Shown one piece after another: positions 13,165-26,300 of a stretch of 64,000 nucleotides of DNA. The DNA lies in assembly GCA_001244265.2 (NCBI GenBank), contig CDLV01000004.1, forward strand, positions 3,038,001-3,102,000, read 5' to 3'. The translations under genes and the position numbers were made by a program. How positions within the stretch are numbered: the stretch's first letter is position 1; each line of letters begins with the position of its first letter. The DNA comes from Microbotryum violaceum (lineage: Eukaryota). The notes beneath the pieces are model-generated. The model made no database searches. It was not told where the DNA came from and worked only from the letters and a program-made list of their open reading frames with translations.

Positions 13165-15195
13165 TTAGGTTTGGCATGTTGACTTCGATCGCTGGCCGGG
13201 CCGGGTGAGGATGAGAAAGGGGAAGAAGTCAGGTTTCTGCAATGGAGTCAGATACAAGAGGTACCACGGCTTACATTGACCGTTCCCCAAGTTCCACGCC
13301 GTTGCCGCATATTCAGAAAACAAGCATCGCAACTTGGACTCCATGCCCTGAGTTGCAAGCGCCTCGGACGTCACGAGCTCGAGGCCGATCTCACGGATCA
13401 AATGCTGCGGCTGCTGTCTTTCCGGAGGCAAGTGCTCGCAACTGAACCCACAAGCGTGGCTCAACCACTCCAACATTCGTTTCACCTTCCCTTGCCTCAC
13501 AATCATCGGTCGACACTTGTCTAGTTTCGTCAAATCAGCTTCAGCACCGCAAAACAATACGCACACACTATCGGCTAATTGCTCGACTGACATCGGAAGA
13601 ATGTCCGTGAACGCAGCAGTATTCTGACTGAAAATTAAGGTATTTCCCCGAGTACACTTTTGCTGCCCCTTTGAGTCGCCAAACTTTGTAATCTTGTAGA
13701 CGAATTTATAGGCGCGGGCCCGGGCAGTGACCAACACGCCACACGGCTTCGCCGCTGAGCGGTCCTCGCCCTATACTCCTGCGTCCGCCCGGCTCCAAGC
13801 TGAGATCCGTGCCGAATGGAATCAGTACTTCACAGATGCCAATTTTCGAGTTTTCTGCTGCTTGGTTTGCTCTGAGAGGGTCTTCGGGCACGAGGCACAG
13901 TGGGTTGCGAAGAGCGGTCTCAAGTGCAGAGATCGCGGCATCCTGGAGGTGCTCACAGATGTTCATTTGCGCTCTGACTTGCGGCCTACAACGTATGATT
14001 CCGAGGAATGGCGTGCTGCAATCATTGATCCGCGTGGTCTACATCGGCGGAACGACCTAGAGGGCCAGCCCATCTACAAGTTCGCCACGGAGGAGTCCTC
14101 CATCCAGTGTTCGCTTTGCCCCGGCTGTCATCAAAGTATCTTTACCTGTAAAGCTGCGCCTACTAAGCCCGCTCGTTCATTGAGTAATCGTCTTTACCGG
14201 GCCATCGATCATCTGCCTCCGGATGTCAAGGGTTGTTTCTCAGGTGCAAGTCAGCTCGAACTGAGCCGTGTGTCGTCGTCAGCGCGGCTGTCATTGTTGG
14301 TCGCCACTCGTCGTCTGTTCTGAGTCGCATTCTCTGTCAATGACCTTTCCTCTCGTTCACAAATCTCCTTGCTCAGTTCTGCTTGACATGACTCCAATGT
14401 TTTGTGCCGGTAGACCGTGTGGCGGGGTACGCAATGCCGTCTCGGGACCGGAATGTCATTGGCTGTGCTTCGCTTAAAGATGTAGCCGCTCTCATATGCT
14501 GGACAACTCTCAGTGCGTGAAAACAATAGAATACGCAAAAACAGTTCTCTAGCCCTTGATCGCCGAAGAGAGTAGCCTTGCAAGTTGTGAGTCTGACAAA
14601 GAATCTGCAGTTGTTCTAAACGAAGTTTGACGTTGGACAAGACAAGCTGTCGCAATGAGCACCTGATCACTAGATCGTCGTCAAGAGAATGTGAGGCAAC
14701 AAACTTAATCTGTTCGGTCCATGATAAGTGTACTGTACTTGTTCGCCATGTTGGCAAGAGCGACTGCCTCTTGTCAAGCCAAGCTCCGAGATGCTGTCTA
14801 ATGACTCGGCGTCGGGAGGCACAACTATGACACGTGAACTGGGAGAGGTCGACATCGCCGCAGGGTGGGTGGACACAAATGCCACTTGATACCAATGACT
14901 AGTGTGTCGGACCGACTGAGCACCGTTCGTGACTGATAAACTACTCCACGGCGGAGGAGGGCTGTACCATGAGCTACTGAGATGTTGATGTTCGCACACA
15001 GCTATCAGACGTGCCGAAACGCACGCCTAGTACAGGACTTTGCACTCCGTGCCATTCGCCGCCGTTCCGCGCCGGTCTGTGCAGGTCTGTGCCGGCTTTT
15101 GCCGGCTGGCTGTAATGTTGAGACCGTCGTCAACTCGCCGCGCCACCCAAGCCGCCCCCCAGCGCTGAGATCGTCGTCAATTTCCCAAAGTCGCT
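13165..15195 (-). mobile_element. Decayed N-terminal region of a Helitron-related element (DUF6570-like), with an internal inversion
   Basis: RGNTLIFSQ...LP...DSVCVLFCG...IVRQGKVKRMLEWL on the minus strand, and the normally upstream CxxC...CxxC...PARSLSNRLY...LP...E part on the plus strand. Family call is from motif recall. Confidence 0.6.
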
Positions 15196-15210
15196 CCGTC
15201 TGGGGACCAG

Positions 15211-15427
15211 TGTCATCGTGTACACTACATTGCAGGGGCGCTCTCAGCTCCAGCATACCAGCATACGGAGATTGGGGAATGGGAACTCGGTCGCGCTCGG
15301 ACCTCTTTAGATTCTGACTTAGATTACCCGAGGCAGCGACTAGCGCGGCTCTCCCTCTCTTTTCCCTTAACGTTCCCTATCCTCTTCTACTCGGCATCTT
15401 CGTTTGCTCACTGCGCTGCTCCTCATA
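15211..15427 (+). repeat. 5' LTR of Copia-1 (217 bp, TG...TA)
   Basis: Matches the 3' LTR except for two transitions and an 8-bp duplication (CCAGCATA). Confidence 0.95.
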
Positions 15428-15439
15428 GGTTATGAGCCC
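15428..15439 (+). promoter_or_regulatory. Primer-binding site, half-tRNA-iMet type (as in Ty5/copia)
   Basis: GGTTATGAGCCC directly after the LTR; contains the gag ATG (15432). Confidence 0.85.
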
Positions 15440-18400
15440 CAACCGACCTACCAGCTCAGAGCACGCAAGCTTCGACGAGCTTCCACCGCCTTCCACCGCG
15501 AGCGTTCACCCACCCGGCCAACCCCTGCTGGCCCGCGCCGTCATGTCGTCGTCTTCTGCTGCACCCACTGCAGAGGAAATCAAGGCTCTTATCCAACAAG
15601 CCCTCGACGTCCATGGTCGTGACAACCGCTCTTCCTCGTCCTCACCCCCTGACACCACCACCGAGACCGCCTCCGTCCCGCGTGTCCCCGCTGCCACGTC
15701 GATCACGTTCGAGGCGGTCAACCGACTGAAGGACGAAGCAACCTACCCGCGGTGGCATCGCGCACTAAAAGCGTTAGTGCCCACACCCATCTTCTCGTAT
15801 CTACAGACGGGAAACTTCCCCGCTGAATGGTCCATCGCAACTCAGGACCAGTGGAAGGACTACGTACGAAGCGTCCTCTTCAACTCGCTGCACCCATCCA
15901 TTCAAGACGTCTACCAAGAAGACGATACCCCGTCTCAATCTACATCACTCTGAAGGAGCGCTACTCGCCTCGGGACGCCCAGGCGTACGCCAAACTCATC
16001 CAGCGATTCTGGTAGATGCCCCAGATTCCGCTTTCCTCCAAGGACCATTTTGACAAGCACCTGAACCACGATCTCGATCTCGCCAGAGAGATTCGTCAAG
16101 GGAACCTCGACATTGAACAAGTGCTTGTCGCCGCTCGCCTCTTCAGTACCAACTTCAACGACGGTCTCGATCCTTGGCGCGAGACATTCCTTCAACTGCA
16201 CCAGGGAAAGGACAGGCTTCCTTCCCTCGAGGAGACGATGAAATCGATGCGTGTTGCAGCGCACAACATTATCGACAAACGCCCTTCCGCGTATGTCTCG
16301 AACTCGGACAAGTCGGGGACTCCACCCGGCCCGTGCCCTGCTTGCAAGACTGGCCTCCTGCACTGGCTCCGTGAGTGCACCGATGAGGATGCGAAGAAGC
16401 GATTCTTCTCCAGGCCCCGGCCCAATCGCTCCAAGCAGAACGCGAACGCCAAGCCGCCCGCTCAAGCTCGCCTCGCTGTTGCCTCGGACGACCCCGGCGA
16501 GATCTCGGAGACGGCCCCCAGCGTCTCCTTCGCGGCTACTTCTTTCCTCTCGGTCACTTCGGACTCGCCTAGCCTCCTCCTCGACTCTGCCGCCAGTCAC
16601 CACATGGTCAACGACTCAACTGCCTTCGTCGAGCTGCACAACACTCCTCGTGTGCAGATTGGCGGCGTAGGGGCGGCGCTTTCTTCGCACGGCACGGGTG
16701 TCATCGAGCTCGTCGCTTCAACAGGCAATCGCATTCGCCTGTCCAACGTCTTCTTCGTTCCGGGCTGTCCCGCGAATCTCATCTCCGTATTCGCGCTCAT
16801 CAACGACGGCATCACGGCTTCATTCACCGAAGACGGACGAGTCTCGCTGGACAGGGGGGGTAAGCGCGTCTGCACGGGTTCGGCCAAATCCGACCGACTC
16901 TTCCACTTGGATGCCCATCTATGTACGCACACCGCTCTCATCGCCGCTCGTACCCCCAAGGTCTCACTGCTGACCCTTCACCGCCGCCTTGGTCACTGCT
17001 CTCTTCCCACCCTCAGGAAGCTGGCCAAAAGCGATCAGGTGAAGGGTATTGAGTGGACTTATAGCGACGATGATTGCAATGATTTCAAATGTGATGCATG
17101 CATGGCTTCCAAGGCGCACAAACTACCTTTCCCTATGTCCGAGTCTCACGCTGCACTTCCCCTCGGGCTGGTTCACTCGGACCTACTCATGTTCCTTGAG
17201 CCTTCCGTGAGCGGCCGACGCTACCTGATCACCTTCATCGACGACTTCTCGCGCAAAGCTTGGGCCTTCCCACTCCTCCGCAAAAGCGACGCACTGGCTG
17301 CCTTTCAGCGCTGGAAGGCCGAAGTCGAGAACGCCTCCGGGGCCAAGATCAAAACACTGCGTTCCGACAACGGTGGCGAGTACTGCTTTCAACAAGTTTT
17401 GCGCCGAGCAAGGGATTCGTCGCGACAAGTCGGTGCCGTACACGCCCGAACAGAACGGGCGTTATTCCCCCGTTGTTCGCTTTACATCGATCCGAGCCCT
17501 CGTCGCGATCGCCGTCTTGCGCGGCTACAAGATCAAGGACGTCAACAAGGCCTATCTGCACGGCAAGCTCGACCAGCCTCTCTGCATGCGACCACCGCAA
17601 GGCATCGACTTGCCGGGTAAGATTCTCAAGCTCGAACGGTCCATCTACGGGCTCAAGCAGGCTGGACGCATCTGGAACGACAAGATCGACTCGACCCTCC
17701 GTTCTATCGGCTACAAGCCCACGGTCTCGGATCTCTGCGTCTACACGAAGCGACACGGCAACGATTGGCACTACATCGCGCTCTATGTCGACGACTTGCT
17801 CCTCATTGGCCCCTCGGACGACGAGATCGAACGAGTTCTGTCCACACTCGAAGACATGTACGGAATCAAGTGACTTGGCGACGCGGAATACGTCCTTGGC
17901 ATTCAACTCAAACGTAGCGATGACGGCTCCATTACCCTCTCTCAGGAGTGCTACCTACAGGACGTGCTCGAACGTTTTGACCTCGCTCTTGCCAAGCCCG
18001 CCAGCACATCGATGCAGAAGAATCTCCTCCTCGAGCTCGATCAATCTACACCTTCTGACCAGGAGCGAACTCGCTATCTTCAGGCAATCGGCTCCCTGAT
18101 GTACGCCGCGCTCGGCACTCGTCCCGATCTTGCCTACGCTGTCAGCTATCTCGCACGCTTTGCCAAGGAGCCCGGACCGACGCACTGGACCGCGATCAAA
18201 CACGTTCTGCGCTACATTCGAGGAACAGTCTCGTACGGTCTTCGTTACACGCCTACTCCCGGTCCGCTCTACGGCTACTCCGACTCGAATTGGGGTGCAT
18301 GCGTTCGGACGTCCAAGTCGACGATGGGCTATGCATATTTTCTGGCTGGTGCAACGATCTCCTGGTGCTCGAAACGGTCGTCCCGCGTCGCTGATTCTAC

Positions 18401-18740
18401 CACCGACGCTGAGTACATTGCCCTCTCCCAGTCTTCCAAAGAGGCTATTCACCTTCAGCAGCTCTCGGAGGAACTCGCCATTCCGAACTCGGGACCCACC
18501 TTGATCTACGGCGACAATCAAGGCGCGAATTCATTGACACGCAACCCGACATCGTTTTCAGGCACTCGTCACGTTCGCATCCGGGAGCACTTTGTGCGGG
18601 AGATGGTCAAAAAGGGTGAGATCAAGGTTGAATACATTGCCACAGCCGACATGGTCTCCGATATCCTCACCAAGGCCCTTGACCCCAAGCTCTTTGTACG
18701 GCACCGCGAGAGTCTAGGCCTCCGAATGCCTGGAGCCTGA
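15432..18740 (+). pseudogene. Copia-1 gag-pol, disrupted
   Basis: ORFs 15432..15953, 16016..17620, 17373..17873 and 17964..18740, with frameshifts, stops and an IN-RT deletion. Confidence 0.92.
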
Positions 18741-18753
18741 CAGCAAGGGGGGG

Positions 18754-18962
18754 TGTCATCGTGTACACTATATTGCAGGGGCGCTCTCAACTCCAGCATA
18801 CGGAGATTGGGGAATGGGAACTCGGTCGCGCTCGGACCTCTTTAGATTCTGACTTAGATTACCCGAGGCAGCGACTAGCGCGGCTCTCCCTCTCTTTTCC
18901 CTTAACGTTCCCTATCCTCTTCTACTCGGCATCTTCGTTTGCTCACTGCGCTGCTCCTCATA
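18754..18962 (+). repeat. 3' LTR of Copia-1 (209 bp, TG...TA)
   Basis: Direct repeat of 15211-15427, preceded by the PPT. Confidence 0.95.
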
Positions 18963-19619
18963 ACCAGAACGTCATTGGCTGTGCTTCGCTTGAAGATGTA
19001 GCCATTCTCGCATGCGGGACAACTCTCGGTGCATGAAGACAGTAGAATATGCAAAAACAGTTCTTTAGCCTGTGATCGCCGAAGGGAGCTCCCTTGTAAG
19101 TTGTGAGCCTGACAGAGAATGTGCAGTTGTTCCACACGAAGGTTGACGCTGGACAAGACGAGCTGTCGCAATGAGCACCTGATCACTAGATCCTCGTTAA
19201 CCGAATGAAAGGCACCAGATCTGTTCAGCCCATAATAAATGTACTGTATTTGTTCGCCATGTTGGCACGAGCGACTGCCTATTGTCAAGCCAAGCTCCCA
19301 GATGCTGTCCAATGACTCGACGTCGGGAGGCACGACTAAGACACGTGAACTGGGAGAGATCGACATCGCCGGAGGGTGGGTAAAGCAAATGCCACTTGAT
19401 ACCAATGACTGTGTTGTCGTTGCTAGTTCCCAACTGATTAACTACTTCCCGAGGAAGCTTACCATGAGCTGAGAGATGTTGATGTTCGTACCGGTTATCG
19501 GACGAAGCCGAAGTCGGGCATGCGACGTTCCGCGGCGTTCCACACCGGTCCACGCCGGTCTCTGCGTCGGCTTGTGCTGGCCGGCTGCCGGGTGCTGGCC
19601 TTCCGCGGGAGCCTGTGCT

Positions 19620-19765
19620 GGAGCCGCGCCCCGCCAACGAGAATTACTAATGTTAAGACCGTCGCCAATTTCCCAAGCTCGCGCTCCCGCCCGCCGCCCG
19701 GGAGCCGCCCCCCGCCAACCAGAATTACTAATGTTGAGATTGTCATCAATTTCCCAAGCCCGCGC
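19620..19765. repeat. Tandem repeat, about 80-bp unit, about 2 copies
   Basis: GGAGCCGC...CCGCCAAC.AGAATTACTAATGTT.AGA..GTC..CAATTTCCCAAGC occurs twice; related motifs at about 15114-15188. Confidence 0.85.
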
Positions 19766-19979
19766 CGCCGAATTTCTCTGGAACAAACCTTCAGCTCTAA
19801 AGAGCTTCAGGGATTTCGCATGCGCCTCGGAAACATTATCAAAATGTGTTCTACATGCTCCAAAAATCGCTCAAAAGTCCTCGAAAACGCGTTCCGAGCG
19901 TTTGCGGGCGCGCGGCGGCCTATCCGAAGTGGCTTGCGGCGCGCGTCGCTTCGGCTGGTGTTGCGCGTGGCTCCACGCT

Positions 19980-22900
19980 TCAAACAAGCCTTCCTTGCTT
20001 TGCTGGCTGGCTCGCTGCTTCGTTGTCAGACTTCCTTTTTGCTGAAGTTGAGCTCCTTGTTTCAGCGGTGGCATTTGTGCGACTTGTAGAGGTTCTGCCG
20101 GCGGCATCTCGCAGGCCGGGCACGCTCCGAAGGGCGGCAAACCTTTGCTCGGCATGTGCGCTCGTGCTGATTAGGCGCTCGTCCGGGCAACATGAGGTAA
20201 GGTCCGTGGTTGAACGATATGTAGTCGTTGACGGGCCTAATGACTCGATGACCTGTCGACCATCAATCATGCGGAACGGCGTAGTGCCATCAATGAGGTG
20301 TGTGGAATAGCATGTTTTCTTGATGAGGCGAAGCTCCTGTACGACGACATTTGAGAGTAAAACCAATGAGGCGAGCGTGTCTTGGTTGCAGTGGTTTGTT
20401 GTCACTTTGCTGTAGATGTATTGCACTGTAGGACACAAGACTTGTGTCAAACGAGAACTTCCTCAACTGCCACTCAAAACAACGTACCAATTCCGATAAA
20501 CAGCGCTTCTTCTCCATAAACAGTTTGATCGCAGCTGAGTGAATGCATGCCACACTTGAGGCCAAAGCAGATTAGAGATCCAATCTCCAATGGTGTGGCA
20601 GCGGTTACAGCTCCGTCAAGCGATCCAAAATGAGGGTAGCGTTGTGCCAGCGCTCCATACTGCTTGTCTCTCTCAGGGAGCTTTTCCTAGAAGTATAGGA
20701 CCGGCAAAACATTAGATCCAGTTGCCTTCGTTCCTAAATTCAGCAACAACTCACTTGAATGCGGCCGTCCTCAATATAGGCGTTCTTCTGAATCTCGTTT
20801 GTTGTGAGCGCTCGGGCCACCTGGCCACCTCCAGTCCAGCGAAAGCTCCTTGCGGTGCCCGCAACGTCTTCGAAGCGAGATGGTCCCATGGACTGCACCA
20901 ACCCTTTCAAGACACGTGAATGTACTGCACTGCGTCCTTGCTCTGTATTGCTAATCTCTAAGCCTGCCTCTCCGCGACTTGTGTCGCTCAATTCCATTGG
21001 CCTCCCTTTGAGTAGAACAGCTCTGAGGTGGCTACACTTATGAGCAGCTCGATGGGCAATCAAGCTGACCCAGTTCAGCGAGAAACTGGTATCGCAAGCA
21101 TCAACAAGAGGCGGAAGTTTCAAGTGTGTAGGCTCTATAGTACCGAAGATGCATGAGTTCAGATCGAAATTACGCTAGTCAAGCTTGGTAGACGCACGAT
21201 TGAACGTAATGAGCTGTTTGCCTTCTCAATGGTCTCGAGTCGTAGCGTTCCTCAGCTTGTCTGTCAGCTTCATCGTAAGCGATTTGCACGTCGAGTCTGG
21301 CCAATGAGAAAGGAGAACAATATGAGGTCCGGATTAAAAGGTAGAAGAACGCTTCAGCGCACGTGGCACAGTGAAGTGTCCACTCACAAGGCTGCCTCAA
21401 CGTCAAAATCCAGAGCTGCAAGCGATCGAATTGCACGGTCGACAGCTTCCCGCTCGTTTGGGTCCAGTTTCACAACACCTTGGCACGTGCTACGCCGCAT
21501 GCCATCAAGAGCAGAATCCAGCAATTCGGTGCGGAGCAGACCTTTGATCTTCCTTGGTAGGATGATGGTTTCCAAGATCTACGTCAAGTGGGCATGGTAT
21601 CCCGTGTCAGATACGCATCACTTGTAGGCCAAGTCGTTCTGAACTACCTTGAACTGTTGTGCCATGGGCGAGTACGCCCTCGACGAGTATGTCAGGTTGC
21701 GGACCTTGGTTGCGTCTGTTGGACGCGATGCGTTGCACAGGCTCCCACATGCGTAAACCTGAAAGCAGTTCACGCGCAGTATTTGCCGCTGCAAAACTGG
21801 TGAGAGAGATGTCGCCATCACTGGGGTACGTTCGCATCGCAACAAGGTCAAGATCGTCGAGGTCGTTGTAGGTATGATGGTAGCCTTGACGTGATCCCGC
21901 CGCCTCGGTCTTAAACTTCCTCATGAGCTCCAAGAGTGCAGTGACTTTGCCAGTTGCCTGTCGGATTCTAGCCGGGTTAACTACTGTATAGATTAGATTG
22001 ATTTATGAAGAACGCACCTGCAAGAACTCTAGAGCATCGAACTCCTTTACAATCTGGCGTATACCCCGAAGAAGTGCTCCACCAATTCTGTGCCATGCCG
22101 CCAGGGAATGAACGATTCCTTCGGCCAAAAACCTCGGTAGTTGCGGACGAGAGCAATCGTTGAGTCAACCATCTTCCTGACCCCATCAAGCGTTTCTTTG
22201 GCGAGGAACGAGTGAGAGCTAGATCCGGGGCGACTTCGGACAAAGTCATACCACGCCTCGAACGTATATCTGACAACGAGCAACATCCTGATACGTTCAA
22301 GGGGCTGAAGCGACCGGTTCTGGATGGCATCGTGTAACTCGCCACATAAGAAGAGATATACGACCGCATCGGGGTCGAGTTTTTTGTCTTCAGCGAGTTC
22401 GGTTACGAGTTCGAGCGTCGCCTTGGAGAATGCCCGATGTGTTGCATTGTCGTCTTGACGATCACGCCCGACCACATCACGACGAGACAGAGTACGACGC
22501 GACTCCAGTCCGCCCAGGATGGTGAGCATATCCTGGTAGGCAATGCATCCGAGACCACCGAACAGCAATCTTGCTCCAGAGTCGATAGCGTTCCTCAGAC
22601 ATTGGGCCAGGTGTTTTTCGTCCCGACAAAAGACTATCGGCGTTCCCGCGACGTTGACGGTCGATATAATGATCTCAGGAAACACTTCGTCCGGATCTGG
22701 GGTGGGGAGGGTGTATGATAACGCGTTCCTTGATCCGGTTTGAGCAACAGCGCCACCCTGATCGCGCAGAAGGACGGCAACATTACGTTGCAGCACACCC
22801 TCGCTTGCCGCACCATCTGCGGAGATGGATACCAGAAGGTGTGCGACGCAACGTTTTATTAATTCTTGTATCACTGAATGTAACTGTTTGGTCGCGTCCT

Positions 22901-25855
22901 CCGCGTTCGTAGTTTCGCCGATCACAAAAGCGGCAAACACCTGTGCTGGGGAGCCAACATCGTTCGGTGCTATCATGTAAGCTCGGATCTGAATGAAGAG
23001 GCGACACATGTTAAAGCCTCATGGAAATGAGGTACAAACTTAAAAGCATCATTGCCACTCACTTTGGTTCCAGCAACCGGGGGGTCAGGTCCGCTGAACA
23101 TATCAGGGAGTTCACTCGGAGTTTCGTAGATGGGTGGCGGACCAATTGATCCGATCAGCTCGTGGCGGAATATGCCCTTTGTACGTAGTTCGCGCTCTAA
23201 ACTGAGGTCTTCTGAGTAGTATGGAGTGGTTCGCATCCTGGATCGACACTTCGTGTCGTCTATGTGCAAATTGAACGTTAGGTCGTCTGCTTCGAGTTTC
23301 GCGCAAACACGATCCATGTTGGACTTGTCGAGGCCGAGGCGCATCCTGTCTGATGTCGCTCGGTCCATTCTGCAAGCACCTCGATCATTCAGTATGAGGT
23401 GGAATTGAAGGAACGAAAGAATGACGGTACTCACTGCAGTTTTCGGCTTGTGGATGCGCCGATTGTAGCCTGCAGCACTCTCAGAGCCATCGGAGACGCC
23501 AGCGCCATGGCTTGCTCGAAGTCACGCAGCGCTTCGGACCGCACAAAGCCTCGCATTGATTTGCCCTTGACCATCCGATCGTGCTTGACCGTAGCCGCTT
23601 TCACCAATCCCTCCAAGATGTTCGCTCCGTCAAATTCTCCTGAGGCCACACCTTGCGCGAATCGTAGATACACGGTCCCTTGACCGTTGTCATCCAGGAT
23701 CTCTTCTAGTCCATGATGTCGCCGGTAGATGGCCGAGAGAAGTGTATCGCCCGCGACATATTTCTTGCTGGTGTATTTGCGAGTTGCGCCAGCAGCATAT
23801 TGACGTCGAAGAGCTGCTCGACAAGATGAATCCTTAGGAAGCCTCGCGCATTCTTCACACGGTAAGCTTGGTCCGTCCTTGTTGATCGAATCTCGAGCGC
23901 TATACTTGCGACAATTCACACTGATGATGCGCGGTGCTCGATGATCGTTGCGCCACTTCCATTCATTCGCTTCCAATTTGTCCACCTCCTTCCTCTCGAG
24001 CTCCGTCATTGGTCGTTTACCAATTTTGGGATAGAGGCGCAAACAAAGCGTCCGTCGAGGAGGGGCCCGCCACCCTGCGCCGCAGTTGATGAGAGATAAT
24101 GCATCGCCGTTTCAGACGTAAGGCCGGGGCACGGTCCTAGCGAGGGGCTGGTAGCAGTTGAGCCAGAAGCGATAGGTCTGAAGAAATTGCTGATGGGTTG
24201 GAGGTTGACACACTTCTTATTGCCGAGATGTAATTGAAATCATGCCTTGCACAGCAAGGCCGCCATTGGAACCAAGACATAACAACGTCCACACCGCACG
24301 TACTTTGGATTGTTGACGTCGACATTCGATCCCGGGCAAAGATCTTCGATTTTTTTAGGAAACCTCCTGAAAAGAGGCGGATGGTCGCGAGCCCACGTCG
24401 TATGCTCCTCGGGGGTGAGCTCTCGAGCTTTCGTCGGCTTCGATACCTTGGTGAAGGTCGTTTGAAGTCGAGAAGTTGGCGGGTTTTTTGAGGATGATGC
24501 GACTCGTTGATTTGTTGGCTTGATTGTCGCTGCCTTGCCGGACTCTGCCGACGTGCTCTTGCTGCTCAGTGTTCCGGCAGCGGATCCCCTCCCAGACTTT
24601 GCCTTTGATTTTTAGCCCGTGGCAACGATGGATTCGATCTCTTTGGGATCCTCGACAGCACCAACCAGAGAGGATAAACGACAGAATTGACGGAGCCGTG
24701 ACATGTGAGCGCGCGCTGCGTTGAATGACCCAATCCCGAGCACCTCCGTCTCCACTGCATTGATCGTAGCCGGCCCGCACGAGTAGCTGTCTTCCTGTTG
24801 TTCCGCCTTAGGAGCATGAGGGAACTCGTTTTTGATGTCCAGCTTCAGGAATTTGAATAGCGTAAGGACGGCCGTCCGAGTAGCCGCGGTGATCGGAGTG
24901 GCGGAGAGTGAGTTGATCACAGACCATGTCCGCTTGTGCATGTTGATGCGGGCCAGGACCCAATGGCTGTCGGAGCAGAGGGGTAGAAACCAGATTGACT
25001 TTGACGTCGGCGTGTTGCGCATGCAATCGCCTAGCTCGATGAGATTCCGATACTGGTTTGGCGGGCCGAAAAAGCAGGCTTTGAAGACCGAATGAGGATC
25101 CGAGTTGGGAGGGCGAGCCATTACCAAGGAGATGACGGTGGAGGGTATAAGTCCATACGATGTTTCGAAATCGGGATTCTGCACTCGTCCAGCTCGAAGG
25201 ACGCTTTCAATTGACAAGTTCACCGCGGCTTCACCGAGCCAATCATGACCTGGGTAGAGACGCGAATAAGCAAGTTGCCTCAGATACGAGATGAATACGA
25301 GTGGCCAGCTGAAGGATTGGTGTACTGACTTAATAATCTCAGGAGATAAACCAAACTCGTTCCACTTGCAAGAAAAGGCAATGGTAGAAGCCCGTCTTGC
25401 TCTTGCCATTGCAATCCGTTCAGTATGCGACGTGCGACAGCGATACGGTTGCGGTCAATTTCGTTGATAACGATAATTTTGTCCATCCATCGTTGAGCTC
25501 GCAGCGCCCAGCTTTGAACGTCTTTTGCTCGGTCGTACTCTGACCATAGCCGATCGGCGCCGAGCGGCAAACACGTCGACCCAACGGCCAAAGATCGATA
25601 TCCTTTCTTGCGTGCATTGATCAGAGCATCGGTAGCGAGAAACGCGTCTCTGGTCTGAAGAGTCGGGTAGGGTAAGTTCGAATACTGGGTGGGCTCGTCT
25701 TTGGACAACTCGATGTGAAGAGACGCGTCGGCGGGAGCGACATCGAAGGCGAGGAGCTCGGCAACCGTTATGTTGGTGAGCGGCGATAATCGATCAAAGT
25801 CATCGTCGTGCAAATAGTAGTCCTGATCTTCGTCAAGAAACAAGCATGGAAACAT
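19980..25855 (-). pseudogene. Spliced Ulp1/C48-like protease + CxxC finger + P-like DDE transposase gene (copy A), frameshifted
   Basis: SHWVL...QQEDSYSCG (protease); CGRC; IDDTK, SADGA, DEKHL...LRN, DRQDD...AFS, ELVEHFFG (transposase); 1-bp frameshift just after HFFG relative to copy B. Confidence 0.75.
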
Positions 25856-26242
25856 TTCGTCGTGCTATGCTCCAGTGTCAGAACGAAGTGAAGCGGAACG
25901 GAACCTCAGGGGCCCCGTCATTTTTATCTTACTCGATAGGGGTATCTAATCCCTAATATTCTCTAACAGCCACTGAACTAAAGTGATTAGCGAAAATGGC
26001 TAGTGACTTGTTCAAGCGCGAGCATCGCGAAGCGCGTTTCGAAGCGAAGGCAAACGGGCCTAAAGCGATGCCGTAGGCTGCTCAGGGTAGGCCAAAATTG
26101 GGCCGACTCACGGGAAAATGTCAAAATCTGGGCATGCGCCTCGGGGGCGAAACGTGTGTTCGAAACGTGTGTTTCGCCCCAAAATGTCAATTTTTTGCAA
26201 TGCGCCTCGACGATTTTCGGGATTTTGGGTCCTCAAAATGTC

Positions 26243-26270
26243 AAAAAAAAAAAAAAAAAAAAAAAAAAAA
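26243..26270 (+). repeat. Poly(A) tract, 28 nt
   Basis: Homopolymer directly inside the TIR. Confidence 0.95.
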
Positions 26271-26300
26271 GCGCCTCCGGCTGGGCTTTCGGGGGTCCTG
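26271..26300 (-). repeat. Right TIR of transposon copy A
   Basis: GCGCCTCCGGCTGGGCTTTCGGGGGTCCTG is the reverse complement of the motif at 11556 and 58970. Confidence 0.82.

Larger units (their letters stand above)
15211..18962 (+). mobile_element. Ty1/Copia element (Copia-1), both LTRs, internally deleted
   Basis: LTRs 15211-15427 and 18754-18962; TSD ACCAG (15206-15210, 18963-18967); PBS GGTTATGAGCCC; PPT AAGGGGGGG; PR (LDSAAS), IN (HRRLGH, SDNGGEY), RT (YVDD), RH (YSDSNW). Confidence 0.96.
15196..19765 (-). repeat. Second, diverged copy of the 5' region of the Helitron-related element, interrupted by Copia-1
   Basis: 15196-15210 plus 18968-19765 aligns to about 14437-15190 (ORFs MVSSGICFTHPP and MVSSGICVHPP). 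Confidence 0.85.
19770..26300 (-). mobile_element. TIR DNA transposon copy A (P-superfamily-like transposase plus Ulp1-like protease); left end may be the TIR at 11556
   Basis: TIR at 26271-26300, subterminal AAAATGTC motifs, and a gene homologous to 59206-64000. Confidence 0.72.

Noticed and set aside
11556-26300. One complete 14.7-kb transposon defined by paired TIRs
   Set aside because: Orientation fits, but the flanks (GCCTGTGT and CCGCCACC) show no TSD, so it is kept only as a possibility.
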